From Octopus sinensis (taxonomy: Eukaryota), in contig NC_042997.1 of NCBI RefSeq assembly GCF_006345805.1, forward strand, positions 62,930,001-62,994,000: a stretch of 64,000 nucleotides of DNA. The letters run 5' to 3'. Of the stretch, positions 8,932-22,652 are shown piece after piece; the stretch's first letter is position 1, and the number at the start of each line of letters is the position of its first letter. The notes below the pieces were generated by a model. That model was given only the letters and a program-made list of their open reading frames with translations, searched no databases and was not told where the DNA came from. Both the position numbers and the translations under genes were made by a program.

Positions 8932-9072
8932 GTGTGTGTGTTTGTGTGTATGTGTGTTTATGTATATATATATATATATATTTAAAAATTAAGGGTAGAA
9001 ATTGATATTAGTCAATTAAAACCAGTGGTCTAGCACATTAAAAAGAATCCGAAGATTAAAATATTTATATAT

Positions 9073-9322
9073 ACCAATTAAGGACTGAACACGAAAAGGT
9101 GGACAGTCAACATGCTAGATATAGACGTCAAATCGCCATTCTCCACAAGGATTATGTTCTCAAATAAAAATAAAAATAAAATTCAGCACGACCTAAAGCA
9201 ATTGCTTTAGGTCGTGCTGAATTTTATTTTTATTTGAGAACATAATCCTTGTGGAGAATGGCGATTTTGACGTCTATATCTAGCATGTTGACTGTCCACC
9301 TTTTCGTGTTCAGTCCTTAATT

Positions 9323-9325
<3 letters not shown>
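9073..9325. repeat. Zero-spacer palindrome of about 250 bp between TA tracts
   Basis: Centre AAGCAA|TTGCTT at 9201/9202. Arms differ by two small indels. A diverged single arm lies at about 9992-10085. Confidence 0.9.
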
Positions 9326-9359
<34 letters not shown>

Positions 9360-9644
9360 TTAAAAGTTATTAACTATTAAAACATTCTTTTATTTAACAG
9401 AATCTTTGTGGGTTATGTTTGTATATGGTATTTTATGTCTAGGTATTTTATTGTGTGTAATCACTTTCGTTTTACAACCTTTCAAATACAAATTCTTCAA
9501 AGACACTGCATAAAGAGTAATTTAGTTTTTCTTTTCATGTTAACTATATCCAGTTTTAGAATTATAATTTTGTATAATTTTTTTAAAGTATCCTTCTTTT
9601 GTCTTTCGTAGTTGATCATTTTCATCTTATATTTCGTAAAATGG

Positions 9645-9706
<62 letters not shown>

Positions 9707-10081
9707 GTGAAGGCATTGAAAAGTGATGGCATTTGAAAGATACACATAAATCTAATTTGTTGAACTTTATACATGCTGGATTTCGGTCGGGCGTCCTGTA
9801 TCTATTTCTAGAAATTGCGTTTTGTAAACGACAGACTATGCTGATGATCCTGCAGATGTTTGCGTATCCATATACGTAAATATTAACAAGTGAAACTAAT
9901 TAGTACATAGGTAATGGGTTTTTTTATTTCGTATATTCTCATTTCTCTGGCTTATTTTTACATTTTGTTTTTTTTTGCTGATTTTTTCTTTAGAACACAT
10001 TCTTCGTGGAAAATGGCGATTTTGACGTCTATATCTAGCATATAGACTGTCCATGTTTTTAGTGGTAAGTCCTCTAAATTT

Positions 10082-10121
<40 letters not shown>

Positions 10122-11103
10122 CTGCTGAGGTTTATTGAAGAGGTACGACCAAGTTGCATTAGACAATACTTGGAAAGTTCTACGCCGCAGCAGGGAATCT
10201 AAATCTACGGTTTTGTACTGAAATTCTCGACCACATGCTTATGCACACCACCGAAGAAATGAATTAATACGCTCTATGCTGTTTATATAACTTTGACAAT
10301 ATCTAGTCTCATAAATGCAACTTCCATTTATCCAATCAGTGAGTGGTTGCAACTTTTCGCGAATAATTGACTCCTTCAGGAATGCTTAAAATATTTCTTG
10401 ATTTAAATATCGTTGCGATATTACCTGTCTCCTAAATCCTTTAAACCTTTTCTGAGCTTAGAAAATAATGTCATTTGTAATTGACTTTAGCTAAATTGTA
10501 TAAATCAATGAACACAATGATGGTCAATGGTATTTACTTTATTCATATACTGTATATAGCCGATGATGGGTGTCATTAAATTAAATTCCTAACATCAATG
10601 ATAGCTTTAAATATCTAAATTGCTTCTGAGAATTGAGTTTTTCAGAATATCTCTTAGTGTTTGATGCATTTTCGATTTAATGCTTTTGACTTTTCTCAGT
10701 TACTCATTTCTTTTCGTTGTCTCTTTCAACAGAATACTGCTCCATAAAAACAGATAAAGAATTGGTTATCTAGTTTTCAATTAAGAATATATATCTCCTG
10801 AGGCTACATAATTTTTAGATAAAATATGTATAGAATTTTTAATTTCTATCGCCTTCATAACGTTATTGTGGTTTTAGCATTTTCAATGAAGTTATCAAAC
10901 AGCGTGTCTCAGTTAAATGACGTAAAATAAAAAGGATTTATCAAAAGATTTAGTAAGCCACACACATTGGTAAATAGATAAAAGAGACTGCTTCAAGTGA
11001 GAAACAGTAGAGAGATAGTGAGAGACTGTGATAAAGAAGCGGTGACAGAGGGGTAACGAGAAGAGGTAGAGCGCGAGAGTGAAAATGAGAAAGAGAGAAT
11101 AGC

Positions 11104-11143
<40 letters not shown>

Positions 11144-13808
11144 TAGAGAGAAATAGGAGTGAGAGTGAGAAAGTGCGTGGGTATGTGTGACAGCGTGTGT
11201 ATGTGCATGTGTGAGAGAGAAAGAAAGTGAGAGAGAGAGAGAGAAGGAGGGCAGAGAGTAATTGACATGTTCGGCCTTTATGGCGTAACTAAATTAAATA
11301 ATCTAATATCCACAAACATAATAATTGTATTTTGATTATGTTAAATTGATTTCGAATGAAATTTTTTCGAAGCCCGTTAAATGACAAATTGAGATCTGAT
11401 AATTCTGTTGACTAAAACATCAAAAAATTATATGTTTACCTAGGTTTCCTTTCATCGTATATTTTCACAAGATTACATTTGAGTTTCAATGCCTCTTTTT
11501 TCGCTTAATAAGTGGTTATCTGTTTATGCCAGCATCCCTCTCTATTAAAGATCTCTCATTGACATTATATTTATCTTTATTCAGGTTAATAACTTCAAAC
11601 TAATAGAACCACTATCAATATTATGAAGCTGCTATATTCCTAGAGGATTCCCATCTCTTTCATGAAATAATTAAAAAAAATATCAGACGTGCATCTTATC
11701 GCTTATATGATATTTTTCTTTGTTTATCCTTATTTGCAAAAATATTAGAGACGTTGAATGAATTTCAAGTTATTAATTCCCATGGTGTGAATGTTAGAGG
11801 AACATGAAAGATTGAGGATAACTGTAACTCCTCTGTTTATTTCCCTATTTCAGTCAACAAGTCTGTACAGGATTGCGAAAATATGTTGGAATAATGCGTG
11901 AGATTGTATTTCCACATAGTATTATAGAGTTTGAAAATCATCCAATATAATATGTTGTTCTACATTGCTTCTTTACGCACACATCGCAAGCATTTTTTCT
12001 AATTTCAATTCATACATTTAAACTCGAAGATATAAAAATAGAGAAGCACACACCTCATAAATCACACGCAAAGATGTATCTACTCTACACAAACAGCACC
12101 ACTGCCCAAGAACATACATCCACACAATTCCACAATTATATCAAGCGATTGTTTGATATAGACGATTAAAAACAGCACGAATTTCCTTAACCTATTACCT
12201 ATTAAATGTTTTTTAACTTCTAAAATTTACTTTTAACTATCAATCACACACTTTCTCTTCCCTTGCTACTGTGGATTTCATTACTTTTCACAGTGGACAT
12301 CAATACTATAAAGTTGTTCTCTCTTTCATTTTCAATACATTTACCAACATTTTTTTAATCATCATTTCTTTAGGTTCCACATGTTCCACATTTAAATCCA
12401 CAATTACAACCTTCATCTTATCTCTATCTGTATTTCATTCACACTGTTATTTTCTTCACAAAAATCATGTATGTTATTATTTTGTTATCATTATCACCAT
12501 TGTCATCTTTACAATTTACTGCAAGCTTAATTTCAATAAAAACAATAATGGTATTAACGGTACTCGCAATGAAGATAATAAAGATAATAACAATTTAATG
12601 AGAGCTACTAATAATGTTTTTGATTAGAAAGAGTGTAGTAGTAGGATACCCAGTTGTTGCCCTTTAAGTACTCATTGCATGTGATGTGTCATTTATAAAT
12701 TTACTGTCTATACTAGACACCAAAATTCGATTAAAGGATGCATAGGGTTTTCTAATGATTTTAACAGATCCTACTTGTTACATGTTTCTTCGTTCTCTAG
12801 TTTTAAGCACAAGACTTCTATGTAACTAGCAAATTATATCCATCGTCTCAAGTCTAATAATATTTCGTCTCACGTCCAATAGTATTCTCTGTTATCACTC
12901 CCGGCTTGCAATTAGGCCCGGAAGACCTTACCGGAGTAGTCGCACTGCAAGCAATTTGTGCAGAAGAGAATTCCTTGAGGTACTACACAAGAATAAGGAT
13001 CTGCTAAATAAATAATGAGAGATATTAAGATTGTGCTGTCGAAATATTTTAAAGACAGTTTCCTTTTACCATAGATCGATTTACTCTAACTGATCTAGAT
13101 AACTGCAAGCTTGTATTTTCATCTGACATTCTCGTCTTTGTTTGTGTGCATGTCTCTTTTCCTGCGAACATCTATATTTTCAGTCATGTAATTGATATTT
13201 CCTTTTTCACAGCTCATTCTGATATATTTAAATCTCTATTTAAAAAAAAAATTATTTATTCATTGTTTTTAGCATTCTTATTTACGCATTTGGGCACTTA
13301 TACTATATCAGATCGCAAAACAGTGGCGCTGCCTCTTCTACACAGCCGGAAATTTTTCGTTTGCTATCTCCATTTCCTTTTTAATGTATTTGCTTTGATC
13401 ATCCATCTCAATTCCGCATTTTTCAAACATATATTTAGACCTGTCATTGATAGTCTAGCTTTCCAAACCAACAAAATTGCTCTTTCATCAATCTTTCATT
13501 CTTTATTCCATTTCTCTTTCGTCTTTCTCTTCGTTTTTCTATACCACGTATTCTCTTTTTCACTGTTCTGTTATATACTTTCGATTTTTACCTCACATGT
13601 CTTTCTTTTTCCCCCGTATCAACTCCTACTTAAGAAATTATTCCACTTTTCCTCCGTCTTTGTATAGATGCATGTGCATCGTCTTACATTTTTATTGCCC
13701 TCAGGGAGGGTATTCGCACTTGCCCCTCTCCCTTCCTAACAAAATATTCGACGTTTTTACCTTGAAGATATTAAGACACTGAGCTTCATGTGAGTTTGTA
13801 ATATATAT

Positions 13809-14387
13809 ATTTATAAATGAGGGTGAAAAATTGATATTAATTTAATAATACCATTAATTTAACACCGAGTGACTTAGCACAAAAAACTACGGAGAAAATA
13901 CAAATTTATACATAAATTATTAGAGAGTTAACCACTATGTGGATAACTCTAGTGCTAAAAATAGCTCCTATAGTATAGCCACAGAAAAAAGATGTTTCCA
14001 GCTAGAAGTAACATACATTTAACGGAAGGAAAGTGAAATATAACGAATAAATAGATTGACCCTGAACAAATTGTTTCATTACTAATGTAATATGTAGTTT
14101 TACTTACATACACATCTATAAATCATCGGCAGAGGTTTGTCTTAAATACAATTAATTAGATCGACCCGAGCGTCAAAAACACGAGCGGTTTAACGAATTG
14201 CATTTTTAGTTATACCTCAAATTCCCCGCCAAAAGCATGCCAAGACTCCATTGGAAACGTATGCCGCATCAAATAAAATATTTACTGCTGCATAGTTAAA
14301 TTTATAAATTTATAAATGAGGGTGAAAAATTGATATTAATTTAATAATACCATTAATTTAACACCGAGTGGCTTAGCACAAAAAACT

Positions 14388-14392
<5 letters not shown>
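13809..14392. repeat. PLE pseudo-LTR-like element: 85-bp direct repeats with a degenerate minus-strand HHR (14060-14134)
   Basis: 13809-13893 matches 14308-14392 with 1 mismatch. Minus strand reads CTCTG-CCGATGA...GAAAC-AATTT-GTT-CAGGG. Confidence 0.6.
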
Positions 14393-14425
<33 letters not shown>

Positions 14426-14427
<2 letters not shown>

Positions 14428-14985
14428 CAATAAAGGGTTTAGCAACGAATTGCCTTACCATATACCAAATTTAGAAATAGCAGTCAAAGAGTTATAGCTA
14501 TTTCTTCTACTAAAAAGGGAGATCTCAGTAAAAACAGCAATTGGAAGGCAGACACAAACAGGTAAGAGAGAATGAATTGACGGCAATCTATCATACAATT
14601 TTAAGTTATCTACGGACGTACGTTTCGAAATCAAGTTTTTAGGAAAGTATAAGAATTAAATATTAAATAATTCTATCTCACCAAAACTTCTTTTCTCTTC
14701 AGCGTAGAATACTATAATCATAAATGATTATATATTGAATTTTGAGATACTAGAAGGCACCAACTCAACTCAGTATCAGAGCGAGCTAGAATCCGCAACT
14801 AGTATCACCAAATTCAATGTGTGAATGAAAAGATTGTGTCACCAGGTAAGGCAATTCGTTGCTAAACCCTTTATTGCTTAGTATTACTTAAATTTTCCTC
14901 GAATGAGGCTTTTACATGCCGAAGACTACTTGGTGTAATTGATAATTATTCCAAATTAATTAATTTAACCCTTCATTATTACGGA

Positions 14986-14990
<5 letters not shown>
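14426..14990. mobile_element. HHR-bearing inverted-repeat element, distant relative of the Tx1 target repeat
   Basis: Perfect 34-bp inverted repeat at 14426-14459 and 14845-14878. HHR on minus strand. GAAATAGC...GCTATTTC hairpin and a spacer-plus-core segment (14880-14980) resemble 6564-6602 and 6655-6740. Confidence 0.7.
14609..14708 (-). ncRNA. Type I hammerhead ribozyme motif with long stem II loop
   Basis: Minus strand: TCTACG-CTGAAGA-GAAA...TTTC-GAAAC-GTAC-GTC-CGTAGA. Stem I is 6 bp, 10.1-11.1 is G-C, stem III is palindromic ACGTACGT. Confidence 0.75.
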
Positions 14991-15028
<38 letters not shown>

Positions 15029-15061
15029 TATATATTGGTATGTATAATTATTACCTCATTA

Positions 15062-16510
15062 TAAAACTTAGATAAACTTAGATATGTTTCGACCAAAGAT
15101 TGGTCCAGGCCATGTCTAACTTAATAGCACCACCTGATAGGATTATTTGAATCCTGTTTAAGTCAAGTTTTGTTTATGGTCCATCCAAGTAGTGAGTTTT
15201 TGTTGGGTGAGTTTTATGGGTGAGTTTTATGGGTGGCTTATCTGGTATTCTTTGAAGGAATCTATCCAGACTCCGTTTAATGTTGATGGGATCCTTTTCC
15301 TATTTGATCTCTTTTCGGGACAATGTTAAATAGGGCAGGGCCTGTTGAGGAAAAGAAATTATGTGCATGTATGCTGTGATCTTGAATTGGGCAGGGGACG
15401 TATGGCTCGTGGTCCCAGTCTTGGATGAACCTTGAAGCTAATGTTCAGGTCGTTTGGGCAAAGTTGGCGGTATATTCTCCACATCGTACAAATGATGTAC
15501 CGCTTACGGCGACGCTGGAGAGAGTAGAGTTTCAAGGCTTTAAGGCGATCCCAATAATCGAGAGCAGCCATGCCTTCAATTCGTTTAGTGAGTTCCCTCT
15601 GGGGTGATTCAAACCTCGAGATGTTTTGTCTTGTATGGGGAGACCACAGTGGGCAGCAGTATTCGAGGTGTGGCCGTACGAAGGAGGAGAAAAGTGGTAT
15701 GATGACACCTTGTTCTCTGGACCGGAAAGTTCTTAAGATCCAGGAACTCATCCTACGAGCTATATCGACCTTCTTGTTGATGTGTGCACTCCAACTGAGA
15801 TCGTCATCAACAATTACACCCAGGTCTCTGATATTGTTAGAGGCTGTGAGCGGTTCCCCTGAAGGAAGAGAGTACGGCTGTTTTAGTGAGGAATTTCTTC
15901 CAAAATGCATCAGCTCAAATTTTCCCTCGTTCAGTTGCATTTTGTTTCTGTCTGCCCATTGACGCACAGCATATAGATCAGACTGGAGTTGAGTTCGGTC
16001 TGCTTCTTCATTGACGATTTGCTGGAGCTTAGTGTCATCAGCAAATATTTTCACTTTGCAGTAATGTACGACACTGGAAAGGTCGTTTATGTAAATTATG
16101 AGGAGTAGCGGACCCAAGACAGTCCCCTGGGGGATACCGCTTGTGACTTTTGCTGAGATTGAGTGGACTCCATCAACTACAACATGTTGTGTTCTATTCG
16201 CCAGGAAATACTTAATCCAGTGTAGAACTTTTCCACGGATTCCAACATTTGCCAATTTTGAGAGTAAGATATTATGGTCTACCCTGTCGAACGCTTTACT
16301 GAAGTCAAGATATATGACATCAGAGTTCGAACCCGTTCCCAAGGCTTTGAGTACATCTTCATTGTGGTGTAAGAGCTGTGTTAGACAGTCCCTGCCACAG
16401 CGAAAGCCATGCTGATTTGCATTTAGGAGTTTGTGGGTCTCCAGGAAGTCAGCTATCCTTGATCTTAACACTCTTTCAAACACTTTTGCTTTGGGTACAG
16501 TTTCCTCCAT
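15062..16510 (-). mobile_element. 5'-truncated CR1-group LINE (RT domain and 3' end)
   Basis: ORF 15359-16525 has QHGFR, YLDFSKAFDRVDH, GIPQGTVLGPLL, FADDTKL, PHLEYC. A frameshifted C-terminus continues toward about 15200. 3' tail is (TATCTAAGTT)2. Confidence 0.9.
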
Positions 16511-17905
16511 CCAGTTCCAAACCAAAGTATTGCTCAGTTAATACACAGTGGGATCGGACAGTGAGTCAATTGATTACGAAGGGAACATTTTTGTTTCTGC
16601 TTACGCATCTCATCAATTGCATTAATGTTCTAAATCAAGCACTTTACGAAATTTCAGTGATGGTAGGTATGAAGCATCGGAGTTGTGATTCATGAAAACG
16701 AAGTTTGGGTATCATATGTGGATGTGGAGATCATGAAATTTATAGTGCCGTAGAAATGTTCTGTTCTGCAATGATTAAGCAGTCGTTACTGCTTAGCAAG
16801 CGGCTTGATCTGAGATGGTGTTTTGACATAGAAACAATTACACCGTATAAAAAATCACGATTGCTTTTTAAAACAGTCATTAAATGTTATCGTGATATAA
16901 TTACATTCTATCTAATGGAAGCCAACTATTGGCTAATTCTTCGAATTCATGAAGATTTTTTTGTGTTTCTATACATTTATTTCTTCGTTATTTTCTCATT
17001 ATTAATATTAAAAATATTTCAATTTCATTTCTCTTTACTTATAGGAAAGGTTAATGACTTTATATATGAATTTGATCTATGAAATATATTAATTATTTCG
17101 TGATGCCTTTGGAAAGCTGTCATGTATATATACGTATTCCTGTAAGTATGTGTGCTTCAGTGATTAAATGTGTATGCATGAATAAAAGTGGATGCAAATT
17201 AATTACGATATACAAAAATATGCCCTGGAAGATAGAACCACTTCTGGCATGAATGACCATGGGATTGCACCTAGAAAGTTACACTCCGAGGCACAAATCC
17301 AGGCAATGAGCGTGGGATTGTACCTAAAAACTTACAGTTCGTGGCACAAGTCTGAGTGAGGCTGTTTACGGAAGACCAACATATATATATATATAAAATG
17401 AAAGAGGAATTCGTCTGCATCCTTTCAAGAAAGGTTAACCTTTGTTGTATAAGCTTATAAAGCCCTGAGATTCTGCCCATATAGAATAAAATTTTGTTGC
17501 AGATAACTTTTAATGTATTCTTTGGTCTATCTTTGTTGAGGGTACGTGTATGTTTGTACTTTTACGCGTAAGTGGTGTTCTTAGCTAAACGTTTAGCTTG
17601 GGGAGACGGTCGTTGTTTTCTCATATAAATAAATCAAATAAATCAAAAAATAGTTTTTTTATGGTATTTAATGGATCATTCTTCAAAAACAATGTTATAT
17701 CTCTTAACTTTGTTTTCTTTCACGTTACGACACATATATAAACAAGTGCAAATATGTATGTATACAGGTAGAAATTATATATATATATATACATATATAC
17801 ATATATATATACATATATACATATATATACATATATACATATAATACATATATACATATATATATATATATACATATATATACATATATATATATTATAT
17901 ACATA

Positions 17906-17945
<40 letters not shown>

Positions 17946-17971
17946 ATATATATATATATATCTATATATAT

Positions 17972-18003
<32 letters not shown>

Positions 18004-18024
18004 CATATATATATAATTATATAT

Positions 18025-18069
<45 letters not shown>

Positions 18070-18158
18070 CATATACATATATATATATATATTATATATA
18101 TATATATTATACATATACATATATACATATACATATATATATTATATATACATATATG

Positions 18159-18189
<31 letters not shown>

Positions 18190-18328
18190 GTATATATTCT
18201 ATATGGGCAGAATTCATACATACTATATATACTATATATATAGTATGTATGTACCTAAAAACTTACCGTCCGGGGCACAAGTCTGGGTGAGGCTGTTTAT
18301 GGAATACATTCATACTATATATATATAC

Positions 18329-18362
<34 letters not shown>

Positions 18363-18390
18363 TATATATATATATATATATATAGCATGC

Positions 18391-18435
<45 letters not shown>

Positions 18436-18438
<3 letters not shown>

Positions 18439-20345
18439 GTTAGAGAGGTAATGGTGTCAAGAAGACCCAAAATTTGACACAAATGAGCGTGTATATACTT
18501 GAATGCATGTAACATACAATTCATCCTACACAATAACCACTTCATGTTTGACAATACATTTTACCGTCAAAAATCCGGAATTGCTATGGGTACAAGGGCA
18601 GCACCAGTCATTGCGAACTTAACAATGGGATACATGGAAATAATCATTTACCAGGAATCTTTATCAATCTTTGGAAATCCCCTCTCTCAATACATAAAAG
18701 AGAACTGGAAACGATTCTTAGACGATTGTTTTTTTTCTCTGGAATGAAAACACAGATTAACTCCTAAAATTTAAAAACCTATTGAGCAGCATAAACCCAA
18801 ATATACAGTTCACAATGGAATACAACCAAAAGGAGCTCCCGTTCTTGGATATACTAATTAAAAAAATTAACCTTAAAATAGAAACAGACATTTTCTACAA
18901 AGCCACAGACGCCAAACAATACCTTCTCTTTAATTCATGCTACCCAAGACACACTAAAACAAACATCCCCTTCAACCTTGCAAGAAGGATATGCACAATA
19001 GTGTCAGAACAAAATACCAGGAACTTTAGACTGCAAGAACTCAAAATACCCTAATTGACAGACATTACCCAGCTCAACTCATAGAGGATGGGATCAGACG
19101 TGCAACAGAAATCAACATAGAAACTTTAAGAAAAGTTCAACACAACAACACACCTTCCCCGAAAATACTACCTTACATATCTACATACAACCCCAGAAAC
19201 AAAGAAGCCTTCACCATCATCACCCAGAATTTACCAATAGTTCATAAAAACCCCAAATTAAAGGAAATTCTAAACATACACCAAATCATTAAAAGCTACA
19301 AACAGCCTAAATCACTTAAAAAGATTCTCACAAAGGCAAAATTGTCTTCTGAAATTACGGATGCAAAAGTGAAAAAATGTGGTAGATCGAACTGTGCAAC
19401 ATGTCCTAACCTGCTAGAAGGATCAGAATTCCTCTTTAAAGAGGGACAGAAATTCAAGATCAAATCTAACTTTACTTGTGCCTCTGAAAACATAATTTAT
19501 GTCATAAAATACTTGGGCTGCCACCAAGACTACGTGGGTTCCACGGGACTATCACTCAGACGTAGATGCACACTGCATCGACAACAGATTGCATTCCCAG
19601 AATATAGAATGATACATTTTAGTGAGCACATTGAGAAATGCGCAAAGCAACTACTACCACAATTTTTAATCTTTCCATTTTACCAATGTGCTTTCGGATC
19701 ATCAACACAAATTAGACTAGGAAACATTCTTCATTGAAAAGTACAAGCCCAGACTCAACCATCCGAACATACTGATACAGAGAAATTCACATTAAGGGAG
19801 ACGAAAAAAATTTTTAAGCGATTATCTCCCTTACACCGGAAGAAATCACCCACTACCTTCCCTTATTTAGAACTCTCCGGAGCTTAAACACAAGGATAAC
19901 TCTATTAAACATAAATATAACGTCACAAGAAATTTGAAAAGCTAAATGCGAAACCGGTCTTTCTTTAAAAATTATGTCATTATAAAGGAAAAAAAATTTG
20001 TTTAAAAAATTTTCTAATATTCTTCAGACATATTGACGCAAATATATATATTTTTTAACATTTAAGCCTTCTGTCGTTTTTTCACTCTTTACTATTTTTT
20101 ATATATTCACCACGTGCTTTCACAAACCAACTTTCTTATATATATATATATATAATATATATATTGTGACTGCGTGTGTACCGTTGGCGATTTTTTTCCT
20201 CCGTCCTCCCTTCTTTGGATCTTTCCTTTTCCTATGTTTCTGATGAAGAGCTCCGCTCGAAACGTTAAATCCTCCTTCTTTCCTTCCTACCTGAGCGCCC
20301 AATAATACTATATTTGCTCCACGTCCTCGCGTTGTTGTGTTTTCT
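18436..20345 (+). mobile_element. Decayed Penelope-like element (RT, GIY-YIG, 3' pLTR with HHR)
   Basis: Frameshifted ORFs: QKSGIAMGTRAAPVIANL...WKRFLDD, LPFLDILI, CGRSNCATC...IIYVIK...YVGSTG...R. Confidence 0.9.
20236..20270 (+). ncRNA. Minimal hammerhead motif in PLE 3' region
   Basis: GTTT-CTGATGA-A-GAGC-TCC-GCTC-GAAACGTT-AAAT. Palindromic stem III, short stem I. Confidence 0.6.
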
Positions 20346-20373
20346 CTTTGTGGTTTCATGTTTGGATTAACTT

Positions 20374-20432
<59 letters not shown>

Positions 20433-20892
20433 TCGTAACCACAATAGGCAGTAATTGCACTAATTTAGATAAAAGTTTCTTAGAACACCCCCAAAACCCA
20501 CATCTTAAATACACACAAAGATGCATTTGTCTTGGTTGACTATCTTTAAATTCGCTTGATGAGTCTACGAATCCAAGTAATATGTGATTTAATCTATTAT
20601 GATGATATTGAATGAACATTTCTTGCGAAATAAATTGTAGCAGGTTTAAAGTTTGTTCATCTGTTATTTATTACATTATACTTGATCCGCATCATGTGTT
20701 CTCCTATTACTTGGGTCATTGGTAAATAATTGGAATTGAGAATTGCACAACAACAGTATCCAGTTCTGCATTATTGGTGTCTACCATGATGGAGTGTTTC
20801 ATATCTGCTCCGTGTCAGTAACGCACAACACATTCGTGTGACTCGATTCTTAATAAATCACTTTAATTTACACGCGCGCGCAAACACACACA

Positions 20893-20925
<33 letters not shown>

Positions 20926-20951
20926 GTACATATATTCCTTTATTCGTTTGT

Positions 20952-21312
20952 TCTTTTACTTGTTTCAGTTATTTGTCTGCGGCCATGCTGGAGTCTTGTC
21001 GAACAAATAGACCTCAGGACTTATTCTTTGTAAGCTTAGTACTTATTCTATCGGCTCTTTTGCTGAACTGCTAAGTTACGGGAATGTAAACACACCAGCA
21101 TCGGTTGTCAAGCGAGGGTGGGAGGACAAACGCAGAGACGCAAATACAATGTATACGACAGGCTTCTTTTAGTTTCCGTCAAACAAATCCACCTACAAGG
21201 CTTTGGATCGTCTCGAGGCTACAGTTGAAGACGACCAAGACACTTGCGCAGTGGGACAGAACGCGGAACCATGTGTTTGGGAAGCAAGCTTCTTACGACA
21301 CAGCCACGCTTG
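20952..21312 (-). mobile_element. tRNA-derived SINE type B (near full length)
   Basis: Reverse complement matches 61118-61530 (head GCGTGGCTGTGT..., tail CATGGCCGCAG...TGAAACAAGTAAAAGA). Confidence 0.85.
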
Positions 21313-21319
21313 TGACTAT

Positions 21320-21321
21320 AA

Positions 21322-21363
<42 letters not shown>

Positions 21364-21920
21364 ATGTGTATATATATGTGTGTATGTGTAGGTATGCATA
21401 GGTACACATATGTATATATATATATATATATATGTATGTATATGTATGTGTGTGTATATATGTGTGTATGTGTATATATGTGTATATAGGGACTAGTGTG
21501 ATGTGTGTGCATGTGTGTGTGTGGATATGTGTGTGTATGCGTGTATGTGAGTATGTGTGTGTATGTATATATATATTTTTCTGTGTGTATATGTATGTGT
21601 GGTCGTGTGTGTATATATACATGTGTGTATACGTGTATGCATGTGAGTGTGTGTATGTATACATATATGTGTATGTGTAGATATGTATATGTATGTGTAA
21701 GTGTATATATATGTATATATGTGTGTGTGTATGTATGTGTAAGTGTATATATATGTATATATGTGTGTGTGTATGTATGTGTAGTGTATATATATGTATA
21801 TATGTGTGTATGTGTATATATGTGTGTGTGTATGTATATGTATGTGTAAGTGTATATATATGTATATATGTGTGTGTATGTATATGTATGTGTGTGTATA
21901 TATGTATACATATGTGCATA
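21320..21920. repeat. Compound (TA)/(TG)/(TATG) microsatellite
   Basis: Seen directly. Confidence 0.95.
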
Positions 21921-22132
21921 GGTATAAGTGAGAATCTCCTTATTTACCTAAAACTCTATTCCCTTTTTTTTATATATATATTTTTTTATTTTTTTATTTA
22001 TTCTTCTATCTAATTTAACACTGACTCCTTGACCACTCCCCCAAGTATGATATTTTGCGCTATGCCTACCCCCAAAAAGTCCCCCACCAACACCCCTTTA
22101 AACCTGCCTAAATGTATAAATGCCAATACAAT

Positions 22133-22215
22133 TCTTGTTAACTAGCTTCCTGAATATTTCTCTTGAATGAAACAGTTCTAGTCCTGTAGAAGCTCCTTCT
22201 ATATAATAAATTATA
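22133..22215 (+). repeat. Fragment of an HHR-bearing PLE-type repeat (same family as 45469-45535), core mutated to CTGAATA
   Basis: AGCTTC-CTGAATA-TTTCTCTTGAAT-GAAACAG...CTGTA-GAAGCT, followed by TA tract. Confidence 0.65.
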
Positions 22216-22593
22216 TATATATATATATAAATCAGCACTAAATAATGCCTAATTGAAAAATGCAAAGGCTATGTCTACTAAATATTAAATATTCACACTG
22301 TTACAATTCATAAATAATTTGAATGTATAATATCAGATTTAAATAAAATTTAATGATTATATGGGTATCTATTTACTTCTGTCATGTGTGTGTGTGTATG
22401 CATTTCTACGTAATTAACATATTTATATTCATGTATATTTATATTCATATTTATATTCATGTATATTTATATTATATGCATATGTAGTCCCAACTGAGAA
22501 AAATATCTTTATTACTTATATACACGTAACTAGCCTCACCTAAGTACCCACGGTGCATTATATGTATTTGCTAGTTCCCCACACCTACCGGAT

Positions 22594-22652
<59 letters not shown>

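Noticed and set aside
9073-9325. Hammerhead within the palindrome arms
   Set aside because: No CTGANGA core on either strand.
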